Shown in pieces: positions 58,086-64,000 of a stretch of DNA of 64,000 nt. Below the pieces are notes generated by a model. It was not told the DNA's origin. It did not search any database and saw only the letters and a list, made by a program, of their open reading frames with translations. Position 1 is the first letter of the stretch. Every line of letters begins with the position of its first letter. This DNA comes from Beggiatoa alba B18LD (GTDB lineage: Bacteria; Pseudomonadota; Gammaproteobacteria; Beggiatoales; Beggiatoaceae), in contig NZ_JH600070.1 in NCBI RefSeq assembly GCF_000245015.1, positions 3,823,062 to 3,887,061 of the forward strand, written 5' to 3'. Position numbers and translations under genes: made by a program.

Positions 58086-58853
58086 ATGATGAAAATTCTC
58101 ATTGTTGATGATGAACCCCTTGCGCGGGCGCGATTACGGGCATTGCTTGAAGAAATTGGCATTGGTGAAGTGGTGGGGGAGGCTGGAAATGGGCGGGAAG
58201 CGGTTAATATCGTGAGCTTATGCCACCCTGATATTGTCTTGTTAGACATTCGTATGCCGGGTATGGATGGGATGGAAGCCGCTCGCCAAATGCGTCATAT
58301 ATCCCCATCACCTGCGCTGATTTTTACAACGGCTTACGGCGACCACGCGCTAGATGCGTTTGACCAGCAAGCAGTTGATTATTTGATGAAACCAATACGA
58401 CGTGATCGGTTGGAAGGTGCGCTAATGCGTGCTAAAACTTTGTTGAATATCAGTGATGATGAGCTTTCTGAAACGAACAGTTTTAGCCCCATAAAGACAA
58501 AAGCACGCAGTCATATCAGTGTTAAAGTACGCGATGAACTGCGTATGATTCCTGTGAATGAAATACAATATTGTTATGCTGATCAAAAGTATGTCGTTTT
58601 GCATTGGACACAGGGTGAAGCACTGATAGGGGAAACCTTAAAAGAATTAGAACAAGAATTCAGTGGACAATTTTTAAGAATTCATCGCAGTACTTTAGTT
58701 GCTATTGTACAAATTGCGGGATTGGTGAAAGATCATGAAGGGCGACATCTCATCAAATTACGCACGGCTAATAAAACCTTAGAAGTCAGTCGCCGACATT
58801 TACCGACTGTTCGCAAAGTCTTAAAAGATATGCGTTTACCTTGTGCAATCTAA
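58086..58853 (+). CDS. LytTR-family response regulator (AlgR/LytR-like)
   Basis: A REC domain (ILIVDDEPLAR...LLDIRMPGMDG) plus a C-terminal LytTR DNA-binding domain. Confidence 0.75.
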   Translation: MMKILIVDDEPLARARLRALLEEIGIGEVVGEAGNGREAVNIVSLCHPDIVLLDIRMPGMDGMEAARQMRHISPSPALIFTTAYGDHALDAFDQQAVDYLMKPIRRDRLEGALMRAKTLLNISDDELSETNSFSPIKTKARSHISVKVRDELRMIPVNEIQYCYADQKYVVLHWTQGEALIGETLKELEQEFSGQFLRIHRSTLVAIVQIAGLVKDHEGRHLIKLRTANKTLEVSRRHLPTVRKVLKDMRLPCAI

Positions 58854-58910
58854 TGAACGAAACGATTATAAGGATGGACTACGCATGATTATCAAATTAT
58901 CAAGGGAGTT

Positions 58911-60101
58911 TTGCATAGTATGATTTTAAAACGCGCCATGACGCTTTCATTACTAACGGCGTTATTTAACACCCCGAATAGTTACGCCGCTGATGCCCTC
59001 GCACTAGAAAAATTTAAAGCGGCATTAAATACCTGTGAACGTAGCCTACAAATGCCTGCCCCAAAAAGTAAAGGCTCATTGAGTATTTTGCAAAGCCTTG
59101 TCAGTCGCTATGAACGCGACCGCGATTTCGCGCTAAAAATTGATGCGACATTAAAAGATTCTACAACTGACCGTTACACAGGCAAATACTTTGTCGACCA
59201 AACCTTAGCCCAAGCTTATAACACTTGTGAAGAACAACTGAGCACAAAAGTGTCTGATGCAGAGGCATTAATTGCTAAACAGGCAGAAGAAGTTAAACAG
59301 AAAGCCCAGCAACAAGAAGCTGTTTTAAATGAACTGATGAAGAAACTCAACACGGCAAAACAAGAAGTCGGGAAAGCCGTTGATGAAGCATGTTCTCAAT
59401 ATAGCAATGACCCCAGCAATCAATCATTAGTCAGCATCTATACCACAGCAAAACAAAACGCGCTGACGAATTATCCCAATATTATCAAATATACACATGA
59501 GTCAACTTTTACTGACCCCGATACCAAAGAAGCCGCTAAAACAACACGCACAGTACAAGCATGGTTTGCCTATTGCGATGAATTATTTCAACTTCCCGCA
59601 ACCGCAATACCCAGTGCACCGCCTGTAAAAGTAGAACCTGCAAAACCCGCTGAAAAGCCTGTTGAAAAACCTGCCGAGCCGCCAGCCATTCCGCCCGCGC
59701 CACCTGCCCCCCATGATGAAGGGCCACTCCCGCCACCGCCTCAACCTAATAGCGCAATTCCCCCCGCACCGACACCAGCACCGCATCCCGCCCCTGCTGA
59801 ATCAGTACGCCCTGATATTCCTGCCGAATCGCCAGCAGATACCCCACCTGAAGAAACAGGGGAAGTCAGCGACGATGAAGAATATAACGCGCTCGTTAAA
59901 GCCTTAACAGGTGATAAGCAAAAAGTGCTCAAGACAGAAAAACGTCTGCCTGATTTCTTTGATAACGAGGATGGCGATATTGGCGTTGCAACAATTTGGC
60001 AATTCGAAGCTGAAGACGGTAGTCAATGCGTCACTTATAAATTTAATGGCGATAAGATGCTTGATTCTAAAAAGAACAAGGGTGAATGTCCCTCTTTTTA
60101 A
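58911..60101 (+). CDS. Secreted Pro-rich hypothetical protein
   Basis: Signal peptide MHSMILKRAMTLSLLTALFNTPNSYAA. The central tract is PPAIPPAPPAPHDEGPLPPPPQPNSAIPPAPTPAPHPAP. Confidence 0.4.
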   Translation: MHSMILKRAMTLSLLTALFNTPNSYAADALALEKFKAALNTCERSLQMPAPKSKGSLSILQSLVSRYERDRDFALKIDATLKDSTTDRYTGKYFVDQTLAQAYNTCEEQLSTKVSDAEALIAKQAEEVKQKAQQQEAVLNELMKKLNTAKQEVGKAVDEACSQYSNDPSNQSLVSIYTTAKQNALTNYPNIIKYTHESTFTDPDTKEAAKTTRTVQAWFAYCDELFQLPATAIPSAPPVKVEPAKPAEKPVEKPAEPPAIPPAPPAPHDEGPLPPPPQPNSAIPPAPTPAPHPAPAESVRPDIPAESPADTPPEETGEVSDDEEYNALVKALTGDKQKVLKTEKRLPDFFDNEDGDIGVATIWQFEAEDGSQCVTYKFNGDKMLDSKKNKGECPSF

Positions 60102-60182
60102 TTAACCTATCGCTATAAGGGTCTGGTAATCTACCCGCTTTCTACCAGACCCTTTTTTTTACCCGCCAACTACCCCAATCCC

Positions 60183-61646
60183 ATGCGTTATCAAGACCTC
60201 CGCGACTTTATTCGTCAGCTCGAAAAACAAGGCGAATTAAAACACATTCGTTTAGATATAGACCCCTACTTAGAAATGACGGAAATCTGCGACCGTACCC
60301 TACGCGCCGCAGGGCCTGCCCTGATTTTTGATAACCCTAAAGGTTATAAAATCCCAGTGCTTGCCAACTTATTCGGTACACCGAAACGGGTCGCGCTCGG
60401 CATGGGACAAGACGATATTCATAGCCTACGCGAAGTGGGTAAACTCCTTGCCTTTCTCAAAGAACCCGACCCACCCAAAGGCGTGCGTGACTTGTTTGAT
60501 AAACTCCCCGTTTTTAAACAAGTGCTTAACATGCCCCCTAAAATCATTACAAAACCACCCTGCCAAGAAAATGTAATTGAAGGCGATGACGTTGATTTAA
60601 GCCAGCTCCCTATTCAAACCTGCTGGCCACTAGATGCGGCTCCCCTGATTACTTGGGGCTTAGTTATCACCAAAGGTCCGCATAAAGCACGGCAAAATTT
60701 AGGCATTTACCGCCAACAAGTGATTGGACGCAATAAAGTCATCATGCGCTGGCTCTCTCATCGAGGCGGTGCATTAGACTATTTAGAATGGAAAAATGCT
60801 CATCCAACAGACCCTTTTCCCCTTGCCGTTGCTCTAGGTGCAGACCCTGCAACAACCTTAGGCGCGGTTACGCCCGTTCCTGATAGTCTTTCTGAATACG
60901 CTTTTGCAGGACTTTTACGCGGAAAACGTACCCTTGTTGCAACCTGCCTAAGTCATGGCTTACAAGTCCCTGCTTACGCTGAATTTATCCTAGAAGGTTT
61001 TATTTATCCCAACGAAACTGCACCCGAAGGGCCTTTCGGCGACCATACAGGCTATTACAACGAAGTTGATACGTTTCCCGTATTCACTATTGAACGCATC
61101 ACCCACCGCCACAACCCTATTTACCACAGCACCTATACAGGACGACCACCCGACGAGCCTGCAATTTTAGGCGTTGCATTAAATGAAGTTTTCGTCCCTA
61201 TTTTACAAAAGCAATTCCCTGAAATTGTTGATTTCTATCTACCCCCTGAAGGCTGTTCTTATCGAATGGCAATTATTAGCATCAAAAAACAATACGCAGG
61301 ACATGCCAAGCGCATCATGTTTGGCATTTGGTCATTTTTACGACAATTCATGTACACCAAATTTCTCATTATCACCGATGACGACATCAATATACGCAAT
61401 TGGCAAGATGTGATTTGGGCAATGACCACCCGTATGGACCCTGTACGCGATACAACCCTTGTGGAAAATACCCCAATAGATTATTTAGATTTCGCCTCGC
61501 CTGTTTCTGGCTTGGGCGGAAAGATTGGATTTGATGCGACAAATAAATGGCAAGGTGAAACCCAACGCGAATGGGGTCGCCCCATTACAATGGATAAAGC
61601 GGTTAAACAACGGATTGATGAAATTTGGGGAAAACTGGGGATTTAA
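60183..61646 (+). CDS. ubiD: 3-octaprenyl-4-hydroxybenzoate decarboxylase (UbiD family)
   Basis: 487 aa. The N-terminus [22 protein letters not shown] matches the UbiD start pattern. Confidence 0.85.
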   Translation: MRYQDLRDFIRQLEKQGELKHIRLDIDPYLEMTEICDRTLRAAGPALIFDNPKGYKIPVLANLFGTPKRVALGMGQDDIHSLREVGKLLAFLKEPDPPKGVRDLFDKLPVFKQVLNMPPKIITKPPCQENVIEGDDVDLSQLPIQTCWPLDAAPLITWGLVITKGPHKARQNLGIYRQQVIGRNKVIMRWLSHRGGALDYLEWKNAHPTDPFPLAVALGADPATTLGAVTPVPDSLSEYAFAGLLRGKRTLVATCLSHGLQVPAYAEFILEGFIYPNETAPEGPFGDHTGYYNEVDTFPVFTIERITHRHNPIYHSTYTGRPPDEPAILGVALNEVFVPILQKQFPEIVDFYLPPEGCSYRMAIISIKKQYAGHAKRIMFGIWSFLRQFMYTKFLIITDDDINIRNWQDVIWAMTTRMDPVRDTTLVENTPIDYLDFASPVSGLGGKIGFDATNKWQGETQREWGRPITMDKAVKQRIDEIWGKLGI

Positions 61647-61713
61647 AGAAAAATTTTTCTTTAATTTTCTTTTGAATCAGTTACCAACTAAATATTTTTA
61701 CTAAAAATTTACT

Positions 61714-62622
61714 ATGCGTATTCTCAATTTTTCCATCTCACCCTATGTATTGCCTGTTCTTTCTACCCTCTTCTGGGGAAGCAATATGGTAATTGGGCGA
61801 GCGGTAATGGCAGAAATGCCACCGATGGCATTAGCATTCTGGCGCGGTATTGTCGGCTTATTGATTTTACTGCCTTTTGCATGGCGTTATATGTCTGCAC
61901 AACAGGCGTTAATTCGTCAACACTGGCTGATATTGCTCGTATTAGGTGCATTAAGTGTCGGCGGATTTAATAGCTTTCTATATGTTGGCTTACAAACGAC
62001 TACGGCAACCAATGCCGCTATTTTACAATCTAACATGCCGATACTTATTATTATTCTTGGCTACTTCTGGTTTCGTCAGCGCGTTACCCATTTTCAATTT
62101 ATGGGCATTTTAATTTCAACACTGGGGGTTTTAGTCATTATCTGCCAAGGCAGTTGGCAAGTATTGACTCATTTCCAGTTTAATCAAGGGGATGTTTGGG
62201 TATTAGGTGCGGTACTGATTTGGGCGGTTTATTCCCTATTACTACAATGGAAGCCCATGGATTTACACTGGTTGGGCTTTATGGGCGTAATTGTAATTTT
62301 AGGGGTTTTAGTGATGCTACCGTTTTATATTTGGGAATTCATGTATTCACCGCGAACATGGTCGCCAAATCTCCCCACTATCAGCAGTATTATTTATGTA
62401 GGGATTTTTCCCTTAATAGTGGCTTATATTTGCTGGAATCAGGCAATTTTTGAAATCGGCGCACAAAAAGCGGGGCAATTTATTCATTTAATTCCCGTGT
62501 TTGGGACTGTGTTATCACTCATCTTTTTAGGCGAACAACTGCATTATTATCATCTGATTGGTATTATTTTTGTGGTTATAGGCATTTATCTGGCGTTGTT
62601 TTGGCATAAGTCGGTTGCTTAA
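61714..62622 (+). CDS. EamA/DMT-family transporter
   Basis: 302 aa with about 10 TM segments, duplicated EamA halves. Confidence 0.65.
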   Translation: MRILNFSISPYVLPVLSTLFWGSNMVIGRAVMAEMPPMALAFWRGIVGLLILLPFAWRYMSAQQALIRQHWLILLVLGALSVGGFNSFLYVGLQTTTATNAAILQSNMPILIIILGYFWFRQRVTHFQFMGILISTLGVLVIICQGSWQVLTHFQFNQGDVWVLGAVLIWAVYSLLLQWKPMDLHWLGFMGVIVILGVLVMLPFYIWEFMYSPRTWSPNLPTISSIIYVGIFPLIVAYICWNQAIFEIGAQKAGQFIHLIPVFGTVLSLIFLGEQLHYYHLIGIIFVVIGIYLALFWHKSVA

Positions 62623-62625
62623 ATT

Positions 62626-63055
62626 AACCTGAGTTCGACGATTTTCTTTTAAAAAGACAACAGCTTGTCTGAATCAGAATTCACAGAATTAACAGAATTA
62701 AAAAGCGTGATTCACATTAATTTCTTGGTTTTAACTTGAGTTCGACGAGTTTCTTTTAAAAAAGACAACAGCTTGTCTGAATCTTATCTGGTGAATCCCG
62801 ATGAAAAACAAGAGAATAATCTCTGCCAGTCCTTCAACCCTTTTCGCGTGTTCCGACAGACCTGCTAGGTTTTAAAAACCTAGCAGGTCTCTGTTTTATT
62901 TTATAAAACTCGCCGAACTTAGGTTAAATTATAGTAAACGCACTATAAAACGGTACGAAGGACTGGCAGTCCTGTGAGGACTGCTAGTCCTAAAAAGTAG
63001 GGTGAATGACGCTTTTAAATTCTGCTAATCCTGATTCAGACAATTTAGCACGACC
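62626..63055. repeat. Composite repeat cluster
   Basis: A-like modules (62626, 62740, 62903), a truncated MITE (62666-62716), the second G repeat copy (62784-62925) with its D palindrome (62858-62890), the hairpin-centred element (62927-63000) and a solo MITE TIR (63020-63050). Confidence 0.6.
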
Positions 63056-63068
63056 AATCTATCAAACC

Positions 63069-63551
63069 TCACGCTTTCATCATTTTCTGCTTCACAAATG
63101 CCCTTAACCATGCACGACATAAGTCTAATAAGGCTGGAGCATCTACTTCTACGTGGGCTTGATAAGGAGAGGAGGCTAATACTCTACCTATCCCATCCGT
63201 AAATGGTTTATTTGTTAAAAACTGGTCTAAAAACTGTAGCCATGCGTCCCCTGTTAATCCTGCGACTTGTTGACGAGGATAGTAACTTAAACAGACACGT
63301 CGTAATAAGCGCGATAGAGCTATGACCAATTGCTGCGTGTCTTGAGTCTGTTGATATTGCGTTGCAACAGATTCTAAGGCTTGTAAGACAAAGCGTTGCA
63401 AATATTGTGAGCGATAATATTGCCACCACCAAAAACCAGCGATAATGGCTACAATGATGAATCCAAATAATACCCACCATCCCAACGCAGGGGGAAACCA
63501 GCTAATAGGTTCAGGCAAATGAATATCATGTAAGGCTAATTCTGTACTCAT
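63069..63551 (-). CDS. DUF4381-family membrane protein
   Basis: 160 aa. The N-terminus LHDIHLPEPISWFPPALGWWVLFG is typical of DUF4381. Confidence 0.5.
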   Translation of the reverse strand: MSTELALHDIHLPEPISWFPPALGWWVLFGFIIVAIIAGFWWWQYYRSQYLQRFVLQALESVATQYQQTQDTQQLVIALSRLLRRVCLSYYPRQQVAGLTGDAWLQFLDQFLTNKPFTDGIGRVLASSPYQAHVEVDAPALLDLCRAWLRAFVKQKMMKA

Positions 63552-63631
63552 AACAAAATAATACCCAATTTATCTAAAAAGGTTTCTATCTTAACAATCA
63601 CTTTTTTTATATCCAAAACATGGCTACATGG

Positions 63632-63901
63632 CTAACTGCGATAGCTTAACCGTAAAAATTGTTGTGGTGCGGGCAAGGCTAGACGGGCTACTAAAATACG
63701 CGCAGGGGGTTGCCAGTAATACCATTGAGAATGCCTAGACCATTGTTGGCAATGTGGGCAAGCTGTATCAAACCAGATTAAACCACAGGCGGGACATTGT
63801 CCCAATGTATCAAACGTATGCCAAACATGCCCACACGAGCACATCCAGCGGTCTTTGCTCATGGGTTCATAATGACATTTAGGACATGCAACTTTTAACA
63901 T
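63632..63901 (-). CDS. Hypothetical zinc-ribbon protein
   Basis: 89 aa with CPKCH...CSCGH...CPACG...CPHC. Confidence 0.35.
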   Translation of the reverse strand: MLKVACPKCHYEPMSKDRWMCSCGHVWHTFDTLGQCPACGLIWFDTACPHCQQWSRHSQWYYWQPPARILVARLALPAPQQFLRLSYRS

Positions 63902-64000
63902 GTGACACCTCTCTATTAAGCATTAAGAGACATGGTTATTAGTGACTACAATAGTTGCAAAGTGCTAATAATCAAATCAGCCTCTGTCATGCTTAAAGTG

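Overview
The window looks like a chromosomal segment of a gammaproteobacterium whose intergenic DNA is saturated with small modular repeats. Housekeeping genes are of moderate GC, and several visibly AT-rich insertions interrupt them. The organism is only inferred; the repeat load recalls large sulfur-oxidisers. All calls are by eye from the ORF track and recognisable motifs, and no database search was run.

The left ~11 kb is integrated phage material.
- 1-1836 (minus): a truncated Prim-Pol type primase and a three-gene early operon downstream of a cro-like gene.
- 1837-2115: a divergent cro/cI switch region with four copies of a 26-28 bp operator-like motif and a 70-bp tandem repeat, followed on the plus strand by a cI-like XRE repressor and a HicB-HicA toxin-antitoxin pair.
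- 3.3-10 kb (minus): a complete filamentous-phage (inovirus) module ordered Rep, ssDNA-binding protein, an unlisted 29-aa pVII/pIX-like ORF, pVIII major coat, pIII-like adsorption protein, pVI, and Zot/pI. No pIV secretin is present.
- 9917-9990: a G-tract/GC-hairpin element sits just upstream of the Rep gene.
- 10650-11089: a tRNA 3'-end fragment (att-like) and a truncated tyrosine-integrase pseudogene.

From 11.6 to 14.6 kb lies a strongly AT-rich two-gene island with a 4-nt TTGA overlap. It pairs a Dcm-type C5 cytosine methyltransferase with a 596-aa GHKL (MutL/MORC-like) ATPase in which no nuclease domain is visible. This is the best candidate here for an uncharacterised modification-dependent defence module.

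The remainder is mostly chromosomal.
- 14.8-19.5 kb (minus): a group 3b-like cytoplasmic [NiFe] hydrogenase operon (small, large, maturation protease, beta, gamma).
- 19.6-20.6 kb: an AT-rich single-gene HNH endonuclease insertion (COG3440-like).
- 20.6-24.7 kb: glgB, rsmA/ksgA, folP and xseB.
- 25.2-26.6 kb: an AT-rich fic gene sitting exactly between the two arms of a repeat that elsewhere forms a contiguous palindrome.
- 26.8-33.1 kb (minus): a 1329-aa multidomain glycosyltransferase/methyltransferase and a 755-aa flotillin with an internal 120-bp tandem duplication.
- 33.3-42.1 kb: a signalling cluster of a PotD-like binding protein, a HAMP-PP2C sensor phosphatase, an orphan HybE-like hydrogenase chaperone, and a 1799-aa Ser/Thr kinase-AAA-GAF-PP2C giant.
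- 42.2-48.0 kb: a DUF2726/zinc-ribbon protein, a TRAP solute-binding protein, and iscR-nifS-like-iscS-iscU, with IscR boxes upstream and the operon ending in a repeat cluster.
- 48.6-53.5 kb: a LysR regulator, a PD-(D/E)xK-like protein carrying a 54-bp tandem duplication, and aceB-aceA.
- 53.9-63.9 kb: hemD, trmL, a pentapeptide-repeat protein, pyrC, rnt, a LytTR response regulator, ubiD, an EamA transporter and a DUF4381 protein.

At least four repeat families occur and fill the space at operon ends: a ~110-125 bp MITE-like element with 40-45 bp terminal inverted repeats, a 33-bp perfect-hairpin palindrome, a 22-bp A module, and a ~140-bp G repeat.
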